A DNA stretch of 64,000 nt from Candidatus Poribacteria bacterium. Its GTDB lineage: Bacteria; Poribacteria; WGA-4E; GCA-2687025. The notes beneath the pieces were generated by a model. That model saw nothing but the letters and a program-made list of their open reading frames with translations. It searched no databases and was not told where the DNA came from. A program made the translations under genes and the position numbers. The stretch is from assembly GCA_963665845.2 (NCBI GenBank), contig OY762492.1, positions 2,848,001-2,912,000 of the forward strand, given 5' to 3'. Below are positions 1-8,028 of the stretch, in pieces; positions within the stretch are counted from its first letter, which is position 1; the number at the start of each line of letters is the position of its first letter.

Positions 1-149
1 CCGAGCCGCTGGCACCGCTCGGCGGCGTATTCGGCGATGACCGTCTTGCCGGCACCCGTCGGGGCGGAGACGATGACCGATTCGCCAGCGTCAACGGCGC
101 GGCATGCCTCTTCTTGGAACGGGTCGAGCCGCCAGTTTCCGTAGCGCAT
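1..149 (-). CDS. DEAD/DEAH-box helicase (HelY/Ski2-like), 5' end only; runs off the window
   Basis: Manual translation [42 protein letters not shown] contains the Q-motif (LDPFQ) and Walker A (APTGAGKT); AGGGAGG RBS upstream of ATG at 149. Confidence 0.85.
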   Translation of the reverse strand, partial: MRYGNWRLDPFQEEACRAVDAGESVIVSAPTGAGKTVIAEYAAERCQRL

Positions 150-255
150 GGAACCTCCCTGCATTCGCTAGACGATTGTAATGTTGGCAGGGGGGATGGG
201 GAAGGTCAAGGCGAAGCGCCGCCGGCTTGTTCCACTTCAAGCGTCAAGGTTCGTT

Positions 256-738
256 TTATGCGCCCGCGCAAAGATGGGTGTCAAGAATTCGTTGACGCTC
301 TTTTCTCTCCCTTGCTACAGGATAGACGACGCCGTTTTTTATCAGCGCATTGTTCTTGAAATCTTGTTGGAGATCCTTGTCTTTGGAGTATAAAAGGCGC
401 GCCCCGCTCACTTGCGCAAGGGCGATCACATGCGCGTCGTTCGACTTGCAGACATCCTCTTGAATCAGCCGCTTTTCCGCGTCGTCAACTTTGCTTTTGT
501 CAGGTTGAATAAGCCTTCCTGATTGAAGTCCATCACTAATCCAATCTCTGGCGTAGGGGCCGGACCTTTCGATCTCGTTCAGAAGCTTCCCTTCGGCTAC
601 AAGGATTCCCTTCCCTTTATTAAGCCATTTTAAAATCATGCCACCCGCTTCGGAACTTTTCTGCCATGTTTCCATATTACCTTTGAAACGTTTTGGGAAT
701 ATCTCATGGACGATATTCGCGTCAATGATGAAGCACAT
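256..738 (-). CDS. PIN-like domain protein (putative nuclease effector)
   Basis: N-terminal IIDAN and C-terminal SNDAHVIALA...LLYSKDKDL acidic motifs typical of the PIN fold; 3 bp downstream of the ATPase. Confidence 0.65.
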   Translation of the reverse strand: MCFIIDANIVHEIFPKRFKGNMETWQKSSEAGGMILKWLNKGKGILVAEGKLLNEIERSGPYARDWISDGLQSGRLIQPDKSKVDDAEKRLIQEDVCKSNDAHVIALAQVSGARLLYSKDKDLQQDFKNNALIKNGVVYPVARERKERQRILDTHLCAGA

Positions 739-741
739 AAA

Positions 742-2043
742 TTACAGCCCTATAGACCTTGTTGTTTCTTCCATGAAAAACTGGCGGTAGCCTTCAGGCG
801 CGTCCTTTACGTTGCCGAGTTCGTCGAACCGTATCGGATAGATGCGCACATCTAAGCCGTCCCGCTCAAAATAGAGAATCCTGACATCGTCGGACGTCAG
901 ACCGCCGATCTGGTCGCGGACATCCATGCGCACCCTGTTCATCAGATAATCGCTGTGCGTTTCTACAATCAGCTGGTTGCCTTCCGACGCGGTCCGGCAC
1001 AGCTGGCTGCCGAGAGCCGCCTGCGCGGACGGGTGCAGATGCGTTTCCGGTTGCTGCAGCAGATACAAAACCGGCTCGGGTTGAAAAAACAGCTCTGTCG
1101 CTGTTGGAAGGATCTGGCTGACGCCGTAGCCGACATCCTTCAAGTTGCGCCATGGACTTTCTATCCCGCCGTTTGTTTTTCGTACCCGAATTTGGAACGG
1201 CGCGCTGTCAAATTCTTCGAGCGGTCTGATCACCTTAATCTCATCAAACAGCCCCGACTCTTTGCCAAACGCCTCCAGATTCTCTTTAAGGCGATTCCAC
1301 TGATCCGTCTTATGAGCGGACAGATGCGCAAACAGGGACGGAATATAGGAGCCTTCAGGGTCTCGGGCAACAGGCGCGGGGTCGTAGGTTCGCTTTGGAT
1401 TCGAACGAACTGGAGCGGACGATACGACTGGCGGAAAAAGCGTTTCTTCCCCGGCAAGCAATCTTCCATGGGGCCATAACTTTTTGAATCCAGCTTTTTC
1501 TTCCTTGCCAGCTTCAGGGGCGCCTTCATTCGGGATTAAGCCGATCTTGATACCTTCGTCGCCGGTTTGAACTTTCCATTCCCAAACGCCTCTGGAGCTG
1601 CCTAGCCGCCCCGATTTTGGAAGCAGAGATGCGGCGGATTCGGTCAAGGGGTCGTACTCCGCTTCAACCCAAACGCCTTTGCGTTCGGAGCGCGTTTTAG
1701 ATCTAAAGGGCGCGCCTGCATTCTTTTTAAAGGTGTACTCAATGCGATAGGGAATGTTCTCTTTGTCGGCAGGCCGGAGTTCGCATCCGCCGATAAAATA
1801 GTCTGCCTGTCCGCCTCTTCCGCCGCGAGAGTGGGCAATCTCGTCAAAGCTGCCGAGGTCATACGGCTCTTTGAAGTTGGGAATTCCAATCATCTGTGTT
1901 TTCTGATCAATGAGAGCGTTGATCATGGCGAGGAAGGAGGTTTTGCCCGTACTGTTTTCGCCGACAAGCAGCGTCAGCGGCTTGAGCGGCACATCCTGTT
2001 TTTCGCGGAAACAGCGAAAATTTTCAACCCAAATTCTATCCAT
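742..2043 (-). CDS. ABC/SMC-like AAA ATPase (AAA_15/AAA_21, DUF3696-like C-terminus)
   Basis: ENFRCF start, Walker A GENSTGKT, signature DVGYGVSQILP, QQPETHLHP, H-loop VETHSD, C-terminal FDELGN..P.G..FF. Confidence 0.85.
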   Translation of the reverse strand: MDRIWVENFRCFREKQDVPLKPLTLLVGENSTGKTSFLAMINALIDQKTQMIGIPNFKEPYDLGSFDEIAHSRGGRGGQADYFIGGCELRPADKENIPYRIEYTFKKNAGAPFRSKTRSERKGVWVEAEYDPLTESAASLLPKSGRLGSSRGVWEWKVQTGDEGIKIGLIPNEGAPEAGKEEKAGFKKLWPHGRLLAGEETLFPPVVSSAPVRSNPKRTYDPAPVARDPEGSYIPSLFAHLSAHKTDQWNRLKENLEAFGKESGLFDEIKVIRPLEEFDSAPFQIRVRKTNGGIESPWRNLKDVGYGVSQILPTATELFFQPEPVLYLLQQPETHLHPSAQAALGSQLCRTASEGNQLIVETHSDYLMNRVRMDVRDQIGGLTSDDVRILYFERDGLDVRIYPIRFDELGNVKDAPEGYRQFFMEETTRSIGL

Positions 2044-2070
2044 GATCGGCTCTCCTGCGTCTGTCTATTA

Positions 2071-2099
2071 AGCGTACCACGCGGGAAAGTTATTTGCAA
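2071..2099 (-). promoter_or_regulatory. sigma70-like promoter for the ATPase-PIN pair
   Basis: TTGCAA-17 bp-TACGCT with TGn extended -10 on the minus strand; GGAG RBS before ATG 2043. Confidence 0.45.
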
Positions 2100-2111
2100 G
2101 GAGCGGCAGGG

Positions 2112-3404
2112 CTATTCGTTAGGCGGCGGCTGTTTGGAACGGCGGTTGCCGTGAGCGATGATTTCTTGCCGCCGCTTGATCCAGCCCTTGTCGGTCAGCA
2201 GCTTGATCAGCTCCTCATGCGACTTTGTGCCTTTATGCGCGTTGCAGGACGCGCACAGCAGCTGCAGGTTGCTGATATGGTCGTTGCCGCCATTCGCGCG
2301 CGGAATGATATGATCCACCTGAAAATGCCGCGGCTCAAAATGCGTCCCGCAGGCGGAGCAGTAACCGCCCTGCTGCCCGTAAAGATAAAGGCGGTTCTCG
2401 GCGCAATTGTATTTCGGGATTTTGCCCAAGTCGGTTCGTTTGGGAATGTCGGTTCGATGCGCGCCTCGGTACATCAGCCCGACCTCCTCCTGCAAACGCG
2501 ACTTTACAAGATCCGCCGCCTTCTCGGAGATGTCGATGCCAGCCCATCGGCGGCCGAGCTGCTCAGCGGCGACGCATGTCGTCGCGCAGCCGCAGAACGG
2601 ATCCAAAACCATATCGCCCTCGTTCGAGGACGCCTCTATGACGCGATGAAGAAGCGCCAGCGGCTTTTGCGTTGGATAGCCGGTCCGCTCCTTTGACCTC
2701 GACGAAAGCGTGATCTCCCATACGTTGTCCATACGCTTTCCTTCGGGATCGATGTAGTACTTCTTGCCGGCGTTCATTCGGTAAATTCCGCGCTCATCCC
2801 GCTGCCATTTTCGGAGCGTAGATTCTGGCCACGGTTCTCGAAGAACATTGAAAGTAGATTCGCCCGATTTGGCATAAAAAAAGAGCGTGTCGGTATTTCG
2901 AAGAAAATGCTGTTTCGGCTTCCCTGACGATGTTCTATACCGCCAAACGATTTCATTCCGAAAATTCGCCTTGCCGAAAACCGAATCCATCAGCAGTTTC
3001 AGATAGTGGCTCGCGGTCGGATCGCAGTGGAGGTAGATGGAGCCGTCCGGTTTCAGCAGCCTGCGCATCTCCATGACGCGAATCGCCATGTAAATCAGGT
3101 AGCTCATCATGGAGGCGCCGTGTATGTCGCGCGTCGCGGTCAAGAGCGCGTAGAGACCAGGGTATTCATGCTTGATCTCGCCGTGCCAGACCAGATTCAC
3201 ATCGTCCAGCCCCCATGTGTCTTTGAAGGCGGCGCCTGCCGCTTTGCTTCCGATGGGCGCGGCGTAATTCGCCTTGCTGTTGAACGGCGGATCTAGGTAG
3301 ATCAGGTCAACGCTGTTAGAGTTCATGCCGCGCATGATGTCCAGGTTGTCGCCTGTCCATATCGTCTGCGAGGCGAAATTGGCGGCGCGCGTTTCTTGTT
3401 TCAT
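2112..3404 (-). CDS. Beta-class N6A/N4C DNA methyltransferase fused to C-terminal HNH endonuclease
   Basis: Motif IV DPPF precedes motif I DPFCGCATT; YPTQKP; C-terminal CSAC...VDHIIPRANGG...NLQLLCASCNAHK HNH. Confidence 0.9.
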   Translation of the reverse strand: MKQETRAANFASQTIWTGDNLDIMRGMNSNSVDLIYLDPPFNSKANYAAPIGSKAAGAAFKDTWGLDDVNLVWHGEIKHEYPGLYALLTATRDIHGASMMSYLIYMAIRVMEMRRLLKPDGSIYLHCDPTASHYLKLLMDSVFGKANFRNEIVWRYRTSSGKPKQHFLRNTDTLFFYAKSGESTFNVLREPWPESTLRKWQRDERGIYRMNAGKKYYIDPEGKRMDNVWEITLSSRSKERTGYPTQKPLALLHRVIEASSNEGDMVLDPFCGCATTCVAAEQLGRRWAGIDISEKAADLVKSRLQEEVGLMYRGAHRTDIPKRTDLGKIPKYNCAENRLYLYGQQGGYCSACGTHFEPRHFQVDHIIPRANGGNDHISNLQLLCASCNAHKGTKSHEELIKLLTDKGWIKRRQEIIAHGNRRSKQPPPNE

Positions 3405-3419
3405 CAGCCCCCTGCAGAA

Positions 3420-4304
3420 TCAGCCTCTGCGGATCATGTCAAAAAACTCGCGGCGCGCCTCCGGGTCGTCCTTTAGTACGCCCATCGCGCAGCTGGAGGA
3501 AGCGCGCGAATGCTGCTTTTCAACGCCGCGCATCATCATGCATAAGTGGGACGCTTCCGTCGCCACGACAACGCCCAGCGGGTTCAGAGTCTCCTGCAGC
3601 GCCTCGGCGATCTGGCGCGTCATCCGCTCCTGAACCTGATACCGCCGCGCAAACAGATCCACAAGGCGCGGTATCTTGCTGAGACCGATGATCTGACCGT
3701 TCGGAATATAACCGACATGGCACCGCCCGAAAAACGGCAGCATATGATGCTCGCACAGGCTGTAAAATTCGATGTTCGGAACCGTCACAAGCCCGCCCGC
3801 ATCCTCCTTAAAGAGAGCGTCGCCGACCGCCTCTTCAACCGAGGAGCGGTATCCCTGCGTAAAGAAAAGGGCGGCTTCAGCGGCTCTCTGCGGCGTTTTT
3901 CGCATGCCGGATCTATTGACGTTTCCGCCCGTCATTTCAAGTATTTGCGCATACATCGCGGCGGCAACCTTCTGCATACTCTGCTGCGATGCGGCTCCAA
4001 ACGCCCTCGCGTCTTCGCGCGGCGCGCCCTCTCCCAGCCGTTCTTGGAGATGCTCCTGCAGACGCTGAAAGTATTCCACATACTGCCTGCCGACGCCTTT
4101 TAAAGCCAGAATGGACTCTGGATCCACGCCCAGAACGTCGCTTGTCAAGAGCGGGCGCCCCGCGGCGTTTTCAAGGCGCAGCGCCACCTTCCGCAGCATA
4201 GAGTTTTTCGGCTCTCCGTCCAGAAGGGCGCGGACAAGCAATTTCGGGGCGGATTCGTTCGTTTCGTTCTCTTGCGCGGCGTCCGTATCCAACGTCAAGT
4301 CCAT
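3420..4304 (-). CDS. folE: GTP cyclohydrolase I with ~105-aa N-terminal extension
   Basis: TPQR, FYSLCEHHMLPFFG, IGLSKIPR, QVQER, HLCMMMRGV motifs. Confidence 0.92.
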   Translation of the reverse strand: MDLTLDTDAAQENETNESAPKLLVRALLDGEPKNSMLRKVALRLENAAGRPLLTSDVLGVDPESILALKGVGRQYVEYFQRLQEHLQERLGEGAPREDARAFGAASQQSMQKVAAAMYAQILEMTGGNVNRSGMRKTPQRAAEAALFFTQGYRSSVEEAVGDALFKEDAGGLVTVPNIEFYSLCEHHMLPFFGRCHVGYIPNGQIIGLSKIPRLVDLFARRYQVQERMTRQIAEALQETLNPLGVVVATEASHLCMMMRGVEKQHSRASSSCAMGVLKDDPEARREFFDMIRRG

Positions 4305-4325
4305 AAGCGCTCCGTAAAGATTTTT

Positions 4326-4655
4326 CTAATTTATAGGCGAAAAATCGGTCGGTTTCAAGATTTTTACGTCCACTTCAGCCACAATCTGCCCGTCTTTTTC
4401 GGTCTCCTCCCGAACGGCGAGCCATTCAGGGTCGCGCCGAAACGACTCCCAGGCGCGCTGCCGGGCGGCAAGGTCCTCATAGACGCAGAGATAGATCAGC
4501 TCGCGCTGCGTCCCGGATCCGATCTCCGGCGTCCAGAAACCGACCACCTCAATGCCGTGCCGCGGAAAAATGCGCATGGTATGTTCGCGGAAGCGGGACA
4601 GGACCGCCTCGCGGCGGCCGGGCATGGATGTATAAACGCGCATTTCGTAAATCAT
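4326..4655 (-). CDS. NIPSNAP family protein
   Basis: MIYEMRVY..PG...F..HGIEVVGFW...R..AW..F..DPEW...L.PTDFSP. Confidence 0.92.
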   Translation of the reverse strand: MIYEMRVYTSMPGRREAVLSRFREHTMRIFPRHGIEVVGFWTPEIGSGTQRELIYLCVYEDLAARQRAWESFRRDPEWLAVREETEKDGQIVAEVDVKILKPTDFSPIN

Positions 4656-5533
4656 GCGTTCCTTTCCTCGCGCTGCGCGATGGGCGCGTCCCGCCGTTCT
4701 CGGACGCGCCGGTTGTAGAGCTGGCTTATCGTTTGGGCGATCCGCCCAGGCTTTCCGCCGCCGAGGGGCTTGCCGTCAGCGAAGACGACGGGGCATATTC
4801 CAAGCGTCGTTCCGGTTAAAAACGCTTCGTCGGCGCTGCGAAATTCATCCAGCGTATAGGCGCATTCGCGGACGCGCAGACCCGCCTCCTCCGCGCATTC
4901 GATGGCGATCTCGCGCGTGACGCCAGGGAGAATATGCGGTCCGTTTTCGCGCGTGATAACCGTCCCGCGCCGCGCAATAAAAAGGCTTGAACTGGCGCCC
5001 TCGGTCATGACGCCGCGGTCATTGACGAGAACCGCTTCGTCGGCGCCGCATTCCTGCGCCTCTTTTTTCGCCATCATATTCGCCATCAGGTTGAGGCTCT
5101 TGATGTCGACGCGCCCCCAGCGCAGGTCTCGCCTTGTGATGACGCGCGCGCCTCGGCGATGCAGCTCGCGGTCTTCTTGAAGCGCGCGGACGGTCATAAC
5201 AACGGTGGGGCGCGGGTCTTTCGGCAAGGGGTAATCCCTCTCGGCGGGTCCGCGCGTGATCTGAATGTAGAGGCGGGCGTCGGGCAATTCGCTTTGGCGG
5301 TAAAGGTCGGCGGCGGCGCGCCGTATCTGCTGAAGGTCGACATTGTCGATCCAGATGTGCCGCAGGGAACGTTCAAGGCGGCTCATGTGGCGGTCAAACG
5401 CCCATAGGCGCCCGCCGTAGCTGCGCAGAACCTCATAGACGCCGTCGCCGAAGAGAACTCCGCGGTCGGCGATGGAGAGGGTCGCTTCGCCTGGAGGGGC
5501 GACGGTTCCGTTGATGTAATCGAGCTGTTTCAA
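4652..5533 (-). CDS. Aminotransferase class IV (D-amino-acid transaminase-like)
   Basis: DRGVLFGDGVYE, YIQITRG, DIKSLNL (PLP lysine), EGASSS, ILPGVTR. Confidence 0.9.
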   Translation of the reverse strand: MKQLDYINGTVAPPGEATLSIADRGVLFGDGVYEVLRSYGGRLWAFDRHMSRLERSLRHIWIDNVDLQQIRRAAADLYRQSELPDARLYIQITRGPAERDYPLPKDPRPTVVMTVRALQEDRELHRRGARVITRRDLRWGRVDIKSLNLMANMMAKKEAQECGADEAVLVNDRGVMTEGASSSLFIARRGTVITRENGPHILPGVTREIAIECAEEAGLRVRECAYTLDEFRSADEAFLTGTTLGICPVVFADGKPLGGGKPGRIAQTISQLYNRRVRERRDAPIAQREERNA

Positions 5534-5654
5534 AAGCGCGCTCTTTCACATAGCGGCATTGGATTGACGATATGATAGCGCATTTTTGGGAGGAACGCTA
5601 TCTGCTCATTCATACCCTCCGGCGTCCAGCGCATGGCGGCGCCGAGGAATCGCC

Positions 5655-6488
5655 CTATCGGGTTGGGATGTCGTCCCGCTCCGGACGCGGGCAAAAACCC
5701 CAATGCCCATGGGCGTCCCCGCCGCGCGCCAGGATGCTCTGCTTCCCCCAAGAACGCAGCGGGCGAACCTCCGGCGGCGCAAACCGAAGCGTCAAACCGC
5801 AACGCCGACGCGAAGAATGGTTCGGCTCCGATCCATGCAGCAGCAGATCCGAATGCAGCGAAATCTGACCCGCCTTCATCTCCACCGAAACGGGCGCGCG
5901 TCCGTACTGCCCGGCGTCCTGGACAGACTGATTCAGCACATTGTTTTCTTCCGCCTTGCTCCATTCAAAATCGATCTGCCCATGCCGGTGCGAACCCGGT
6001 ATGAACTGCATCGCCCCGTTCTCCACATCAACATCGTCGATTGCAAGCCAGACCGTCACGGTCTTGCTGGGCGTCAACGGCCAGTAGGAAGCGTCTTGGT
6101 GCCAGCTGACCCGCTTGCCGTCCCGCGGCATCTTCGCAAAATAGTGAGTCGCCCAGCAGATAAGGTTTTCTCCGAGCAGGTCCTGGACATAATCGAGAAT
6201 GCGCGGCTCCATCGCAATGTCGTAAATGCCGGGGCAGCGGGTCTGCCAGCCGTTGATGGAGTAGCTGTTCCAGCCCTTCGCTTCCGCTTCCGCCATCAGC
6301 CGCTCAAAGTACGCGCGCCGCTCCGCAATCTCATCGCCGTCGTAAAGGTCCAGCGGAAAAAGGTACCCGTCCGCGTTGAACCGCGCAATCTGCTCCGTTG
6401 TCAGCTTCTGCGGGTTAGGGTTGTTCGCCTCGTAAAAGGTCAAATCCCGCTCCAGATCGGGCATCGCGTTCTCAATGGGCGCCATCAT
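5655..6488 (-). CDS. Phytanoyl-CoA dioxygenase (PhyH) family 2-oxoglutarate/Fe(II) dioxygenase
   Basis: WHQDASYW, TVWLAIDD, ENGAM..PGSH, LLHGSEPN.S..RR; start moved to 6488 (AAAGGAG RBS), because the ORF-track extension overlaps the tRNA. Confidence 0.92.
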   Translation of the reverse strand: MMAPIENAMPDLERDLTFYEANNPNPQKLTTEQIARFNADGYLFPLDLYDGDEIAERRAYFERLMAEAEAKGWNSYSINGWQTRCPGIYDIAMEPRILDYVQDLLGENLICWATHYFAKMPRDGKRVSWHQDASYWPLTPSKTVTVWLAIDDVDVENGAMQFIPGSHRHGQIDFEWSKAEENNVLNQSVQDAGQYGRAPVSVEMKAGQISLHSDLLLHGSEPNHSSRRRCGLTLRFAPPEVRPLRSWGKQSILARGGDAHGHWGFCPRPERDDIPTR

Positions 6489-6533
6489 GTCTCCTTTCTG
6501 CGGCGATTCGGCGTCTAACGGACGAAAATACGC

Positions 6534-6562
6534 TTGCGTTTCCCGCCGCTTTGACGCATAAT
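6534..6562 (+). promoter_or_regulatory. sigma70-like promoter of the tRNA
   Basis: TTGCGT-17 bp-CATAAT ending 9 nt before the tRNA. Confidence 0.5.
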
Positions 6563-6571
6563 ACTGAACAC

Positions 6572-6647
6572 GCGCCCGTAGCTCAGTGGATAGAGCGTCA
6601 GACTCCGGATCTGAAGGCCGTGGGTTCAAGTCCCCCCGGGCGCGCCA
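6572..6647 (+). tRNA. tRNA-Arg(CCG)
   Basis: Acceptor GCGCCCG/CGGGCGC, D-arm GCTC/GAGC, anticodon stem TCAGA/TCTGA with loop CTCCGGA, T-loop TTCAAGT, encoded CCA. Confidence 0.96.
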
Positions 6648-6772
6648 TTGACCTTATCTTACCGCCGTCCGCCGCATTTTGCATCTCGCCGCGCTTCGTT
6701 GACATGCCCGCCCGCCGCGCGTTAGACTACAATGTACTTGCTTGTCTGTCCACATGAAAGGCGCGAAACGCG

Positions 6773-7804
6773 ATGCGATTGCCTTTACGAGCGGCTCTGT
6801 TCAGTCTATCGGCGTTGTTTCTGTTCTCATCCGCCGGATGCGTCCCTTACCTCGGCGGAGTACCCGGCGGCGAGGAAGAGAAGAATCTCATTCTCTACAA
6901 GTACCGCTTTTCGCCGCAGAAGCGGCATCCATACCAACTCGCCGTCAACGGCAACATGCGCATTCAGACCAGCGCTCTCGGAACCGAGATCGACATGCAG
7001 CAGAAAACATATCTGAAGGCGCTCGTGCAGTTCAAAGGGAGCGGGTTCAAAGCGGACAGCGCGGAATACACGTTTTTCGAAACGTCGGTTGATCCGAACG
7101 TCTGGGCGAATTATCCGCTCCCGCCAGACGCGCTCTCGCCTGTCATTGACATTTACAACTTTCTCTCCGGGCAGAGTTTCCAGACCTATCTGGACGGCAG
7201 CGGGCGCGCTTTGGAGCTTCGCGGTCTTCGAGATATGGCGGGGGGTCTGCAGCGGCGCGTTGACCTGCCTGAACGAGCGCGCCCTGTCGCCGCGATGACC
7301 GTCCAACGCGCCCTCGGCGAGGAGCCGCTCATCGAGACGATTGCGCAGCTGTACCCGTATCTGCCGGACGGGTTGATGGAAGCAGGCGCTGAATGGGAGT
7401 CGATCTTTGCCGTTCAAGGATTCGCGGTCAAGGCGCGGTGCGTTCTGACAAAACGGGAAGACGGAAAAGCGCATATTGAGGTGAGCGGCGTTTTCCTGCC
7501 CGCCGAATCGCGCCCGTTCGACATCCCAGGCGTCAGCGGGATGGAGACGGAATACGCAAAATTGGACGGCTCCTACAAGGCGGTTTATGTACTGGTAGAA
7601 TCGACCGGCATCGCGCTCCATTTCACGATGGAGATGACGGCGGACGCGGAGCTTCGGCTGAAGGAGGAGGCGTTCCCTGGACCGCAAGGGGAGTCGAAGC
7701 CGATCATCGTCCGCTTTCGTTCCAAGATGTCCGGCAGCCACACCGAGCCGGAAGAGCCTGAATCGATAGGTCCATCCCGCGTTCCTATCGGCAAGATAAG
7801 ATGA
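6773..7804 (+). CDS. Putative lipoprotein (DUF6263-like beta-rich)
   Basis: Lipobox SAGC after a hydrophobic stretch; LP...MEAGAEW motif resembles DUF6263. Confidence 0.6.
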   Translation: MRLPLRAALFSLSALFLFSSAGCVPYLGGVPGGEEEKNLILYKYRFSPQKRHPYQLAVNGNMRIQTSALGTEIDMQQKTYLKALVQFKGSGFKADSAEYTFFETSVDPNVWANYPLPPDALSPVIDIYNFLSGQSFQTYLDGSGRALELRGLRDMAGGLQRRVDLPERARPVAAMTVQRALGEEPLIETIAQLYPYLPDGLMEAGAEWESIFAVQGFAVKARCVLTKREDGKAHIEVSGVFLPAESRPFDIPGVSGMETEYAKLDGSYKAVYVLVESTGIALHFTMEMTADAELRLKEEAFPGPQGESKPIIVRFRSKMSGSHTEPEEPESIGPSRVPIGKIR

Positions 7805-7920
7805 ATCCGGGCGGTCTCTACAGAGAATGATGTACGAATCAGGCGGGCATGTTGACGTTCGGCGCCGCGTCCGATTGCCCTTGAAAGGGGTTTAAAGGAT
7901 GGGCGCGGCGGCGACGCCTT

Positions 7921-8015
7921 GAGATTCCCGCTTGCGCGGGAATGACTGGGTGGAAGAAAATGGGAATGACTGGGCGGAAGAAAATGGGAATGACTGGGCG
8001 GAAGAAAATGATGAC
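7921..8015. repeat. dRS3/REP-like hairpin followed by three 24-bp tandem repeats
   Basis: ATTCCCGCTTGCGCGGGAAT at 7924-7943, then GGGAATGACTGGG(C/T)GGAAGAAAAT x3. Confidence 0.85.
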
Positions 8016-8028
8016 GGGCGGCGGGCGT

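Noticed and set aside
2112-4304. 7-deazaguanine (dpd) DNA modification system built on folE
   Set aside because: No queC/queD/queE or dpdA/tgt genes nearby; folE adjacency alone is insufficient
6489-6629. N-terminal extension of the PhyH ORF in the ORF track
   Set aside because: It is antisense to tRNA-Arg; a strong RBS supports the start at 6488
6572-6700. tRNA-Arg as an integration site
   Set aside because: No duplicated tRNA 3' end and no integrase seen in the window
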